Assembly (NCBI GenBank): GCA_040755455.1
Contig: JBFMAY010000007.1
Location: 1 to 64,000 of the forward strand
Source: Thermodesulfobacteriota bacterium
GTDB taxonomy: Bacteria > Desulfobacterota > Desulfobulbia > Desulfobulbales > SURF-16
Direction of reading: 5' to 3'
Length of the DNA: 64,000 bases
Part shown: positions 8,939 through 18,687 of the stretch, piece by piece
Layout of the letters: each line of letters opens with the position of its first letter
Numbering within the stretch: position 1 is the first letter of the stretch
The notes under the pieces: generated by a model
The model's database searches: none
Seen by the model: only the letters and a program-made list of their open reading frames with translations
What the model was told of the DNA's origin: nothing
Position numbers and translations under genes: made by a program

Positions 8939-10321
8939 TTATTTGATTACCTTGGGCATGAAGGCGGTTTCCTTGTTGGCCTGCTCAGCTTTCTCGCCTC
9001 TGCGGTTCACCACGTAAACGCTGCCCGCCTGAGATTTCGCATGCTCTTTCAGTTCTGCGGCAATCTCCGCCACTTCAATATGATTCATTTTTTTTACATT
9101 TTCATTGGTAACAACGGCAATTGAGATCGACATCAAGGGAAACCGTACTTTTAGGCCCTGACGGGTCATGCCTTCGATATAGCCTCGTATCTTGTCCTCG
9201 GGCTTATAAAATGACAGCACCTTCAGGTCGAATTCCCTGATGATTGTCTCGCAGATCGTCTTGTAATTTTCGGGTTTGACAATGATGGCAAAATCATCCC
9301 CGCCAATATGTCCGACAAAATCATCGTCTGTACCATGTTTTGCAACCGTATCCTTTATCAAGTCAGCTGTTGTCCTGATCACCTCATTGCCTTTCGCGTA
9401 ACCATAACGATCATTAAAGGACTTGAAGTTGTCTAAATCCAGCATGCAGAATGCCAGGCATGCTCCTGATTGCAGGCGTTTTTTCAGAACATTTTCTATG
9501 GCCACTCCGCCAGGCAGCCTTGTCAGAGGATTGGAGTCGATATGCAATTCCTCCAGTCTCCCGAGTCTGCTGGTCATATTGTTGAAGGCTGTGGCAAGTT
9601 CACCGAATTCGTCCTGTGACTTAATTTTAGTCAGATGGGTGAATTTTCCTTGTGAGACAACCTCGGTTGCATGCTTCAATTGCCTGATGGAGCTTGAAAC
9701 GCTTCGAGAAATAACGGCAATGGCACCAAGGCCCAGAAGGACTCCAAGGCCGGATAACATCAAAGTGGTGCGGAAGATGTTGGCGCTGACGTTGCCGAAC
9801 TTAAGCATTTTCTGTTGCTGGTTCTTTGTTGCGGTCGCTTCGATAGTCTGAAGCAATGATATGATTGCATCCAGCTTGCCTTTCATGATTTCCTCGGTAT
9901 CCGCGGCACGTATGCGAGGCCGATTCTTGGCGGGGCTGAATTCCTGTTTGTAAATTTCCTCAAATTCATCATGCAGAGAAGCAAGCTGGGCAACAGGGAT
10001 ATTTCTCTGTTCCGGCAGTTGATAGACTCGCTTAATGAGGGCTTTGAAATCTTTGCCTCGCTGCCAGAACATTTCCTGCATTTCCTGGCTTTTTAAAATC
10101 AAAAAACGCTGCCCGTAGGCTTCCTGTGCCAAAAGGTTGTCAATCATTCTGTCTGAAAGCTGTACCAGCACGGTATCGCTTTTCAATATATTCTTGTTTA
10201 TCGTGTCAAGTTCCTGGAGACCTTGAAGGGATATTGCGGCAATGAAAATCGTTACCAGAATAACCGGCATATAACCAAGAATCATTTTTTCTTCCAAAGT
10301 TAACCGTAAAAGCCTTTTCAT
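8939..10321 (-). CDS. Membrane sensor diguanylate cyclase (TM-periplasmic-TM-HAMP-GGDEF)
   Basis: Start moved to ATG 10321 (GAGG upstream); HAMP DEFGELATAFNNM; NPLTRLPG, DLDNFKSFNDRYG and IGGDDF motifs. Confidence 0.88.
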   Translation of the reverse strand: MKRLLRLTLEEKMILGYMPVILVTIFIAAISLQGLQELDTINKNILKSDTVLVQLSDRMIDNLLAQEAYGQRFLILKSQEMQEMFWQRGKDFKALIKRVYQLPEQRNIPVAQLASLHDEFEEIYKQEFSPAKNRPRIRAADTEEIMKGKLDAIISLLQTIEATATKNQQQKMLKFGNVSANIFRTTLMLSGLGVLLGLGAIAVISRSVSSSIRQLKHATEVVSQGKFTHLTKIKSQDEFGELATAFNNMTSRLGRLEELHIDSNPLTRLPGGVAIENVLKKRLQSGACLAFCMLDLDNFKSFNDRYGYAKGNEVIRTTADLIKDTVAKHGTDDDFVGHIGGDDFAIIVKPENYKTICETIIREFDLKVLSFYKPEDKIRGYIEGMTRQGLKVRFPLMSISIAVVTNENVKKMNHIEVAEIAAELKEHAKSQAGSVYVVNRRGEKAEQANKETAFMPKVIK

Positions 10322-10459
10322 GCATCTGACCTCACAATTGCAATTGGGGAAATATTTTATTGATCCCCCTGAAAACAAGTTAAATGTCTTTATTGCAGTG
10401 ACGGATAGTAAGAATAATGGCAGAAGTTAAAAAACTGTGGGAAAGATGAAGGGATATTT

Positions 10460-10475
10460 AGCAATAATCGTGCCT
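10460..10475 (-). promoter_or_regulatory. sigma54 -24/-12 promoter upstream of the GGDEF-lipoprotein operon
   Basis: AGGCACGATTATTGCT, near-consensus (TGGCAC-N5-TTGCW). Confidence 0.7.
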
Positions 10476-10934
10476 GGTGAGGTTGCTGCGCCGGCAATCT
10501 TTTCGTGCGGCATGGGAGGTAACTATCTTTGCTCTTCAATAAATCCTGTCGCGCACCAATTTATTATTTTTAATCTAATTATCCCGTATGGTTATTGAAT
10601 GAGATATTTCGTAATGTCCAGCCCGTTTTTTTGGCATTCAACAGTACCCGCCTTCATCCATCTGCAAAAACTATCATCGCAAATCATACTCTTAAATACT
10701 GTCAAATAAAATTGAAATTCTGCCATTTCCCTCCTGTTATTGTTAATTTTTTTTGGCGGTTTCGGCTCCATGTACTAACTTATTTTTTGAGCTTAAAGGT
10801 CTTTTTGAAGAGTCTGGGTAGGTGTTGCTGTTTAAGAAAAGCGGGATGACGGACTGTCAGGAATTATTTGTTGTTTCTCAGAATGGTTCTGTGCTAAGCT
10901 GATTATGTGGTTTTGATTCGATTCATTTTACCCG

Positions 10935-11300
10935 ATGGGAAATTGTATGAACCTGCTTGCAAAAATGTGTAGAGGAATATGTTGTTTTGTCTTTTCTCTT
11001 TTTTTTGCCGGTTGCGCAACGTACCAGCCGCCTTTTACCCATCACCTTAATCCGGGGATGACTTTTGCAGAGGTGGTGACTGTGGCGCAGGGGGAAGGTT
11101 ACGGAAGCTATTGGGAGATTGCTGATTACAAAGGCTACCGGTTGTTGTGCTTTAAGAATAGTGCAGGCCGGGACAATGTGTTTCTTGTGGTGAATAAACT
11201 GGGAAAACCAATGCTTCGTACTTTGGAATACGGCACGATAGACGAAGCGAAGCTCGTTAATTTTGTCGATGACCTATTAAGGCATACTGGGCGAGTTTAA
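10935..11300 (+). CDS. Hypothetical lipoprotein
   Basis: Lipobox FAGC; the only plausible ORF in this gap. Confidence 0.55.
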   Translation: MGNCMNLLAKMCRGICCFVFSLFFAGCATYQPPFTHHLNPGMTFAEVVTVAQGEGYGSYWEIADYKGYRLLCFKNSAGRDNVFLVVNKLGKPMLRTLEYGTIDEAKLVNFVDDLLRHTGRV

Positions 11301-13357
11301 TTTACTGACATTCTCTCTGGGCTCAACAAAAGCCCTTCATGGGGCTCTTGAATGTTAAACTGGCAGATTTTACGGCGCAGAGTATCTTTGGAAATCTGCA
11401 GTTCGCGGCAAGTTGCCATTTTTTTCCATTTGTTCCGTTGCAGGGCTTGATGGATAATAAATCGTTCCGCTTCCTCCATTGACATGGGTCTATCCAGGCT
11501 GGTTCTCTGCGATTCCCCCTCTGTTTTCGGTCTGAAAGGTTCCGGCAGGTGTTCAGGCTCAATCATTCCGCCCTGGCAGAGAATAAAGGCGTATTCAATG
11601 ATATTCTGCAGTTCCCTGACATTGCCCGGAAAATCGTGGTCCATCAGCAGCGCCATGGCTGAATCCGTGATTCCTGCGATATCCTTGCCTCTTTCCTTGT
11701 TGAATTTCTCCACAATATGCTCCACCAGAACCGGTATGTCCTCTCGCCGTTCACGCAGGGGGGGGATGAGCAGTTTGACAACATTAAGCCGGTAATAAAG
11801 ATCGTCGCGGAATGTTCCTTCCTGCATGAGAGTCAGCAGGTCGCGGTTGGTGGCTGCAATAATGCGCACATCGGCATTCACAGGCGATGATGATCCCAGC
11901 GGCTCATATTGTCTTGACTGAATAACCCTCAGCAGCTTGACCTGGACGGCAGGATTGATGTCACCGATTTCATCCAGGAACAGTGTGCCCTTTTCTGCAG
12001 CGGCAAACCTTCCCGGCCTGTCTTTTTTGGCGTCGGTGAAGGCGCCTGCTTTGTAACCGAACAATTCAGACTCAAGCAGGGTATCGGGCAGGGCGCCACA
12101 GTTGACGGCGATAAAAGGATGGTTGCGGCGTTCGCTTTTCTGATGAATGGCTTTGGCCAGCAATTCCTTTCCTGTGCCGCTCTCGCCGAGGATAAGAACA
12201 TTGCTTTCGCTGCGGGCAATTTCCGGCAGAATGTCAAAGATGCGGCGGACCGACGGACTTTTGCTGATGATGTCGCCCACCTGAAAACGGGACAACCTCT
12301 GGCGCAGGGACGTGATGACGCTGAGGTCGCGAATGCTTTCCACGCCTCCGACAATATTGCCTTCGCTGTCGACAAGAGGTGCTGCGCAGATGCTGACAGG
12401 CACTCTTCGCCCTTCAGGCCCCCTGATGGTGATGGAGCGGTTTGATTCGGGTTTTCCTGTGCACATGCTGTGGGCAATGGCGCATGTCTCTCCGCAGATG
12501 CTGGCCTGGAAGACATCGCTGCAGGGTTTGCCGATGGCCTCCGAGGCTGGTACGCCGGTAATCTCCTCTGCGGCACGGTTGAATGAGGTGATCTGCCATT
12601 GGCGATTAACGGTAAAGACCCCGTCGGCGATACTGTCCAGAATAAGGGCGCGTCCCTGGGCGGTGGAAACATTACGAAAAACCTGCACGCCGCCCACCAC
12701 GTTGCCGTCCTGGTCTTTCAGGGGAGTGGTGTTGATGTTGACCGAGATGCGTTTCCCTTTTGCAGTGGTGATAAAAAGAGACCTGTTGACGATAGGTTCG
12801 CCGGTTTTTATGCTTTCCGCCAGGACACAGTTATCGCACGCGTTCGACCGGAAGATTTCCCGGCAGCTCATGCCGATGACTTCATGGCGGGCCCAGCCGG
12901 TAAGATTTTCCGCGGCTTTATTAAATGAGGTTATCCGCCATTGGCGATCAACACTGAAAACTCCGTCATTAATACTGTTGAGAACAAATTCGGAAACAGT
13001 ATGTTCATCATACTGGTTTCTGCTCGGGACGGACAGCGTGGCCTTGTCAAGCGCAACAAGCCATTGCACCTCTTGCAGAAAGGAAATGCCGTAGCGGTTC
13101 AGATGAGGACCGGCTTGCATCCATTTGACTTCCCCGTGAGCGGAAATTTCTTTCACGCCGGAAAAATTTTCCGGGCGGAGGTGAAGGCGCATTCCTGGAT
13201 AGAGGGCGGCATTGGTGGAAATTTGCGTGCCCAAATGATTCAGATCGATACTGGTGGCAGGATATTCTCTGATCTTTTCCCCAAAGGACAGGGTGAACGG
13301 CAGGCGAAAGGGGAAGCGGTAGGTTTTTCGTCGGTTTGAGGGAAAGCCTCCGATCAT
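11297..13357 (-). CDS. sigma54-dependent enhancer-binding protein with N-terminal PilZ and two PAS domains
   Basis: Start at 13357 (AGGAGG SD); RRKTYR and DLNHLG PilZ motifs; two PAS; GESGTGKE, GAFTDA, FLDEIG, FRDDLYYRL, FPGNVREL; Fis HTH. Confidence 0.9.
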   Translation of the reverse strand: MIGGFPSNRRKTYRFPFRLPFTLSFGEKIREYPATSIDLNHLGTQISTNAALYPGMRLHLRPENFSGVKEISAHGEVKWMQAGPHLNRYGISFLQEVQWLVALDKATLSVPSRNQYDEHTVSEFVLNSINDGVFSVDRQWRITSFNKAAENLTGWARHEVIGMSCREIFRSNACDNCVLAESIKTGEPIVNRSLFITTAKGKRISVNINTTPLKDQDGNVVGGVQVFRNVSTAQGRALILDSIADGVFTVNRQWQITSFNRAAEEITGVPASEAIGKPCSDVFQASICGETCAIAHSMCTGKPESNRSITIRGPEGRRVPVSICAAPLVDSEGNIVGGVESIRDLSVITSLRQRLSRFQVGDIISKSPSVRRIFDILPEIARSESNVLILGESGTGKELLAKAIHQKSERRNHPFIAVNCGALPDTLLESELFGYKAGAFTDAKKDRPGRFAAAEKGTLFLDEIGDINPAVQVKLLRVIQSRQYEPLGSSSPVNADVRIIAATNRDLLTLMQEGTFRDDLYYRLNVVKLLIPPLRERREDIPVLVEHIVEKFNKERGKDIAGITDSAMALLMDHDFPGNVRELQNIIEYAFILCQGGMIEPEHLPEPFRPKTEGESQRTSLDRPMSMEEAERFIIHQALQRNKWKKMATCRELQISKDTLRRKICQFNIQEPHEGLLLSPERMSVN

Positions 13358-13602
13358 AATGTGCCCTCCTGGCTCAAAATGCGCCAATTTGATTAAAATC
13401 TTGCATATATAAATGTGCACTATATTGGCGAGAAAGTAAAGCGAATTCACATAAAAATCAGGCAAACAGACTTGTTTTGCGCCTATTTGGCGGGGCGGGC
13501 GATTGGTGGGGTAGGAGATAACATATTGGTGAGACAGGGGTTTGGCGAGGTAAGTATGAGAGATGGCTCAATATGCGCCTAGTTTTCTTCCTGATTGGCT
13601 CA

Positions 13603-15297
13603 TCAGTGTGCGAGGATATTTCGTCTGGCGCGCTGAAAGTCGCTTTCTCTGCCAACAAAGGCATCGACTACGTCAGGATCGAAATGGATTCCGGAATCTT
13701 TTAGGATAATGTTTTTTGCCTGCTCATGGCTGATGGCTGATTTGTAACATCTTTTCGAGGTCAGGGCATCATAGGCGTCGGCCAGGGCGATGATGCGGGC
13801 GGAAAGAGGGATGTCTTTCCCTGATAAGCCGCTGGGATATCCGGAGCCATCCCATTTTTCATGATGGTAATAGGCAATCTGTTTGCCTATGGTCAGAAAG
13901 GATTGACCTTTAGTCTGTTTCTCGCTCTCGCATAAGGCATCACCGCCATAGACGGAATGACACTTCATTATCTCGTATTCCGCCGGAGTCAGTTTTTCCG
14001 GTTTGAGCAGGATGTTATCAGGGATGCCGACCTTGCCTATGTCGTGGAGAATGGAGGAGAGGTAAATGTCATCTATGTATTCCGGAGTGATGTAATGTTG
14101 ATAGGCAGGCTGCTTCGCTAATTCAGAGGCCAGGATCTTGGCATACTCCCTTATTCTTTCCAGATGAAAGCCTGTGTCGCGGTCGCGGAACTCGGCAAGT
14201 TTTGCCAGGGCAAGGATGGCCGTTGTGCGTGATTTGTCAATGAGACGATAGGACTCCAGCAGTTTCTTTTCCATTTTCTTTCTTTCCGTGATGTCTCTGA
14301 TGACAAGCTGAAAACCAAGTTCTTTCCCTTCCTTTAAAATTTTTCTGGCATTGCATTCAACATCCAGCAGTTTTTTCCCATGTCCCATAATAATAAACTG
14401 AAAATCTCGCACAGCTTCACCCTGGAAAAGTTTAGGCAGCATGCCCTCGGTTACCATTGCCAAGCTGTCGGCATGGATGATGTTGAGCAGTGATTTTCCG
14501 GCAATGCTTTGTGGCTTCAGCCAGATTGTGTTGTAAAAATGATGATTTGCCACAAGGATTTTTGCCTCTTTGTCAATTAGGACGATGAGGTCGAGAATAT
14601 TTTCATAGAGTTCCCGGTAACGCAGTTCAGATTCTTCTATTTTTTTTACCCGTTTCACAACCTCATCTTCTAAATTGTGGGTATAAAAGAACAGATCCTG
14701 ATTCAGAGATCTGAGGTTCATGTTGAGATTGAATTTTCGTCTTCTTGCTCTGGTTTCCTCATTGCATTGCACCAGGCTGACAATAATGAATGAGAGAAAA
14801 AAGAAGCTGTAACAGGAAAATATTTTTAAATTTTCTGAGGTTCGCTGGCTGAAGACAATAACGGGAACGGCATAGGTTAAATAGAGGGAGAAACCGGCAA
14901 AAGCGGCCTGTTGCTTGGTCAGCGGCAGCAGGGCGAATCCCCCCACTGAAATGAGCAGGAGCCCTACGTGGTAAGACGAGGCGTAGCCGCCGGTTTTAAG
15001 GACCATGAGGGTGATTGTTAATCCGCCGAGCAGATAGGCGGTCAATGTGAGGGATAAGGTGAGCAGATGGCCGTTTGTCTGGCGGAGTATGAGAAGAAAG
15101 AGGACCAGGGTAAAGGCAAAGCTTAACCGGTAGCCAAGAAATAGGAGGAAATGTTCCCTGGCTGTTAAGGAGTCCAGCAGCGAAAAAAGAGGAAAAAAGA
15201 CAATCCCCAGCCAGAGGAAGATAAAGGCTCTCTGCAGAAAAAGATTTCTGGTTTCCTGTTCGTAGGCAGATTTATAGTGAAGAGCAATTTCTTCCAT
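13603..15297 (-). CDS. Membrane 6TM-PAS-HD-GYP phosphodiesterase (paralogue 2)
   Basis: Same architecture as 2956..4743; HDIGK and HHEKWDGSGYP; TGATG stop/start overlap with the upstream methyltransferase. Confidence 0.9.
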   Translation of the reverse strand: MEEIALHYKSAYEQETRNLFLQRAFIFLWLGIVFFPLFSLLDSLTAREHFLLFLGYRLSFAFTLVLFLLILRQTNGHLLTLSLTLTAYLLGGLTITLMVLKTGGYASSYHVGLLLISVGGFALLPLTKQQAAFAGFSLYLTYAVPVIVFSQRTSENLKIFSCYSFFFLSFIIVSLVQCNEETRARRRKFNLNMNLRSLNQDLFFYTHNLEDEVVKRVKKIEESELRYRELYENILDLIVLIDKEAKILVANHHFYNTIWLKPQSIAGKSLLNIIHADSLAMVTEGMLPKLFQGEAVRDFQFIIMGHGKKLLDVECNARKILKEGKELGFQLVIRDITERKKMEKKLLESYRLIDKSRTTAILALAKLAEFRDRDTGFHLERIREYAKILASELAKQPAYQHYITPEYIDDIYLSSILHDIGKVGIPDNILLKPEKLTPAEYEIMKCHSVYGGDALCESEKQTKGQSFLTIGKQIAYYHHEKWDGSGYPSGLSGKDIPLSARIIALADAYDALTSKRCYKSAISHEQAKNIILKDSGIHFDPDVVDAFVGRESDFQRARRNILAH

Positions 15298-16838
15298 CAG
15301 CCTTCTTTGGTGGCAAGGACAAAGAGGTTGACCTGTTCCTTTTCGGCGAGGATCTCGATGTTATTGGCAAATGGAGTGTCGGCAAAGATGTCTGCCAGAT
15401 CTTCACCGGTGCGGTACAGGAGTTCCCAGTGCAGTATTTCATCCATGAAGATCTGATCCGGGTATGGGGCAAAATTGCCCAGGATGAGTTTCCCGCCTGG
15501 CTCGAGATGCTCATGGCAGCGCGTGATCATGGCCTGAAAAAGACGGCGGTCAAGATAGTCGCACAGCCCGGCTGAATAAATGATGTGCTGTTTACCGATC
15601 TCATGGCTCACCCTGCCCAGCGACCATTTCACCAGATTTTCATTCATCAGGCGGATGGAGGCCATGTGGGGGAAGACATTGACGTACTGGTTGGTATAGC
15701 GCAGGGCCTCGGAGTCAATATCCACGCAGAGGGCTTCGATGGACTGGCTGTAGTCGCAGTTTGCCAGGAAATCAAACAGTTCGCGATTGGGACCGCAGGC
15801 CAGGTTCATGATCTTGATGTGGGACCCGTTGTGCAGAAAAGACCTGCTCAGGGAAGCGAGCTGGGCAGACAGCAGACTGCGTCGTCCCCTTATTGCCTTG
15901 GCCCCTGGCCGCTGCAGGCACCAGGCGTCGACGATCTTGCCCAGCTTGCCGTCGCCCTCCGGCCTGTCCAGGTAAATGTGTTCCATCATCAGGAAATCGC
16001 CGGCGTAACCTTTTGGTTTGTAATAGGCCCTTTCGACAAACCGGCTGCGCATGATGTAGGGGAAAATCTCCTTGAAGATAAAGCCCCACATGAGGTCCTG
16101 ATCCTCCTGACTTTCCATTAACATTTTGTATTTGGCCAGATTTTCGTTAATGGTATCAAGAACAACGAAGCAGTCCTTGCTGGTCTCTCCGTCAGGCTCC
16201 TCAGAGGAAGTATCTTTCTGCAATTGGTAGGATATGTTGAACAGTTCCGCTTTCAAGGCTTCCACTTCACTGTTTACCTTATACCAGGCAGGGCTTTTAA
16301 GCAGCCTGCTGGGCATGGGCCTTGATTCGGTAAAACCCCGTCTTCGCGTGGCAAGAGAAGCGGCATAACCGATGAGCGGTTCATTCTCCTCAAGGACTCT
16401 TCTGAATTTTTTGCAGATGAGCTGCGTTAAAGAGGTGACAAGCCGGCCATACAATTCGGGCTTTTCATGGTACAGCTTTTCGATAACCGCGAGATCGAAT
16501 CGGCAGATCTCGGCATCTTGCGTGGCGCGGATATCCCGCACCCGAGAACCGCCGTCAAAAAAACCGATTTCACCGAAGAAATTGCCTGGGCCCAGCAAGG
16601 CGACGGTAATTTTCGTCTCATCCGCCGTATAGGAAACCTCGATAATTCCTTGTTGCACATAGTAAAAGGCGCGACAATCCTGCAGTTCGATTTCATGTCC
16701 GGCCGAACATCTGATTTTATCCGCATAGGCTAAAATGGAGTCGTTGAGTTGTCCGTTGTCGTTAAAGATCACCTCGTCACCCATTGGGAGACTTTGCGGA
16801 TCGGGGAAAAGGGGTGGCGGTTGTACTGCCTTGCTCAT
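15297..16838 (-). CDS. cNMP-binding domain fused to a PhcB-like class I SAM-dependent methyltransferase
   Basis: Probable start 16838 (GGGAG SD); FFGEIGFFDGGSR phosphate-binding cassette; RAYYKPKGYAGDF, NLACGP, YSAGLCDYL and HWELLYR motifs as recalled for Ralstonia PhcB. Confidence 0.75.
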   Translation of the reverse strand: MSKAVQPPPLFPDPQSLPMGDEVIFNDNGQLNDSILAYADKIRCSAGHEIELQDCRAFYYVQQGIIEVSYTADETKITVALLGPGNFFGEIGFFDGGSRVRDIRATQDAEICRFDLAVIEKLYHEKPELYGRLVTSLTQLICKKFRRVLEENEPLIGYAASLATRRRGFTESRPMPSRLLKSPAWYKVNSEVEALKAELFNISYQLQKDTSSEEPDGETSKDCFVVLDTINENLAKYKMLMESQEDQDLMWGFIFKEIFPYIMRSRFVERAYYKPKGYAGDFLMMEHIYLDRPEGDGKLGKIVDAWCLQRPGAKAIRGRRSLLSAQLASLSRSFLHNGSHIKIMNLACGPNRELFDFLANCDYSQSIEALCVDIDSEALRYTNQYVNVFPHMASIRLMNENLVKWSLGRVSHEIGKQHIIYSAGLCDYLDRRLFQAMITRCHEHLEPGGKLILGNFAPYPDQIFMDEILHWELLYRTGEDLADIFADTPFANNIEILAEKEQVNLFVLATKEG

Positions 16839-16882
16839 TGGTAACTCCCTGGCAGGAAAGAAAGGCGGGGCGGAGAGGGACA

Positions 16883-17275
16883 CTACATCCTTTTTGCCGT
16901 TTCTTCCTCATGGCCGTATTTGTTGATAATTTTTTGCAGATGCTCCTGGTGTTTTTCCGTTAAGGGCCCGAACTTGACACAGCGTCTGCGCATGGTAATC
17001 TGGCTGAAAGGCTGTTCGGTGGGCAGAATGAAATCATTTATCGTCGTATAGGGGATATCCTCCAGGCAGATACCGTCATCGGCCAGCAGATCGAGGCCAT
17101 TGGCATCCCGGGATGCGCCGTTGGTGGAAAAATAGCAGAATGCCAGTCCTGAGAGGCTGATGTCGATTATTTGACCAATTTTGTTGGCGGGCGCCCGGAG
17201 AAAGGCATAGGTGCCGTCCCGGACAAGATATCTTTTGTGCCCCCTTCGTTCAGTTATCGGTTGTTCACTGGCCAT
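16883..17275 (-). CDS. Stand-alone PilZ domain protein
   Basis: ERRGHKR (RxxxR) and DISLSG (DxSxxG). Confidence 0.88.
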   Translation of the reverse strand: MASEQPITERRGHKRYLVRDGTYAFLRAPANKIGQIIDISLSGLAFCYFSTNGASRDANGLDLLADDGICLEDIPYTTINDFILPTEQPFSQITMRRRCVKFGPLTEKHQEHLQKIINKYGHEEETAKRM

Positions 17276-17538
17276 TTTTACCCCTCATTGATGGTGATTT
17301 AGGTTCAGCAGTTACCAGGAAATCATTCTTCTCAATAGGTTATTATGACATCAACAATCGGGTGAAGCAATGATGAATGCGCTTTTTTTACAAAACACAT
17401 AAAAAATAAAACAATATTCATTCAAGCCTTGACAAGTATTATCGCATCATTGTGTAATTTTTTCAGTCCTGCCAATGGAGATGGCCCTGCAAAAAATCGT
17501 TCCGTATATTCCATTGCCTGTTAACCGGAGAAGCTTTC

Positions 17539-18687
17539 ATGCCTTGTCCATATAGCTGCCATGAGTTGCACGAGCTGCAATTTTTTTCTGAATTGACCGA
17601 GCAGGAGTGCGCCCTGCTGCTGCCCTATCTCGAACAGGAGGTATTTCAGCAGGGGGAGCTTGTCGTGCAGGAAGGTAAATTCCCTGGCAGAATGTTTCTG
17701 GTGGTAACGGGCAGGGTGCGCAAGGAAAAAGTCCTCGGCATCACCATGGGGGCAAGCGGGCTTGAGGCATGGCAGGAAAAAGAGCTGTTTGAAGTGAAAG
17801 GGCCGGCGCAGCACTTCTGCGAGGATGCCCTGATTGCCGAAGAACCAGCGAATGCAGACTGGGTGGCGATGGAAAAGTCAGATTTGCTTGCTCTTTCCGC
17901 CGGAAATTTCCGGCAAATCCAGCAGGAGTCGGAGAAGGCGGGACGAAAGCTGCAGCAGGCTCTCAGCAGGTCATTATACCGAAGTTTCCGCAAGCATGAA
18001 GGTCAGCTCGCCGCGGAGGTGGAAAATAAAAAACTGCTCAGACAGATGCGCATTGAGCGCAAAAAGATCAATGCCATGCACCGGATTGCCAGAAGCACGT
18101 CGGTCAGCAGCGTCAGCCAGACCCTTGATACGATTCTTGAGGCCTGCATGGACTGCCTTGATGTGGAAAAAGGCTCGATTATGATTTTCAATAGAGGGGT
18201 GCTGCGGGTTGAGGCCGCATTCGGCAGAAACAAAGACAAAATTCTGGGCCAGATGCAGGTAATCAATGAGACCAGTGTTTCAGGCCGTTGTTTTCTCAGC
18301 AAGAAACCGGTGTTTATCCAGAATATCGAACATGAAAAGGGGCTGCAGCGCTCTCCCGACCCCAGCCAGTACTGGAATAATTCACTGATCAGCATGCCGC
18401 TCATCAGCCATGCGGGCGAAAGCATCGGCGTTTTAAATGTGAGCAAGACCTCCAAGGAGGTGTTCACGGAAGGCGATATGAAGATTCTGGAGGATCTCAC
18501 TTTTGAGGCATCGGCGGCCCTTGCCCATGAAATTTGTCTGGCCCGCCTTTATCGTAATTTCCAGGAGACGTTGCTGGAGGTCAAACAGGCCCAGAGGCAG
18601 CTGACACAGGTGGAGGAGAAGATCTGCCGGATCATGCAGACATCATGGCCGGGCATGGAGGCAGAAGGAGCCGCAGGTAATGACTAA
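17539..18687 (+). CDS. cNMP-binding plus GAF domain protein with no output domain
   Basis: FFSELT..EGKFPGRMFLVVTG cNMP fold; GAF (SLISMPLI..IGVLNV..FTEGD); overlaps the carboxyltransferase start. Confidence 0.75.
   Translation: MPCPYSCHELHELQFFSELTEQECALLLPYLEQEVFQQGELVVQEGKFPGRMFLVVTGRVRKEKVLGITMGASGLEAWQEKELFEVKGPAQHFCEDALIAEEPANADWVAMEKSDLLALSAGNFRQIQQESEKAGRKLQQALSRSLYRSFRKHEGQLAAEVENKKLLRQMRIERKKINAMHRIARSTSVSSVSQTLDTILEACMDCLDVEKGSIMIFNRGVLRVEAAFGRNKDKILGQMQVINETSVSGRCFLSKKPVFIQNIEHEKGLQRSPDPSQYWNNSLISMPLISHAGESIGVLNVSKTSKEVFTEGDMKILEDLTFEASAALAHEICLARLYRNFQETLLEVKQAQRQLTQVEEKICRIMQTSWPGMEAEGAAGND

Noticed and set aside
8939..10321. Firm Hypr GGDEF call
   Set aside because: The specificity residue is Asn, not Ser/Thr; kept only as an open question
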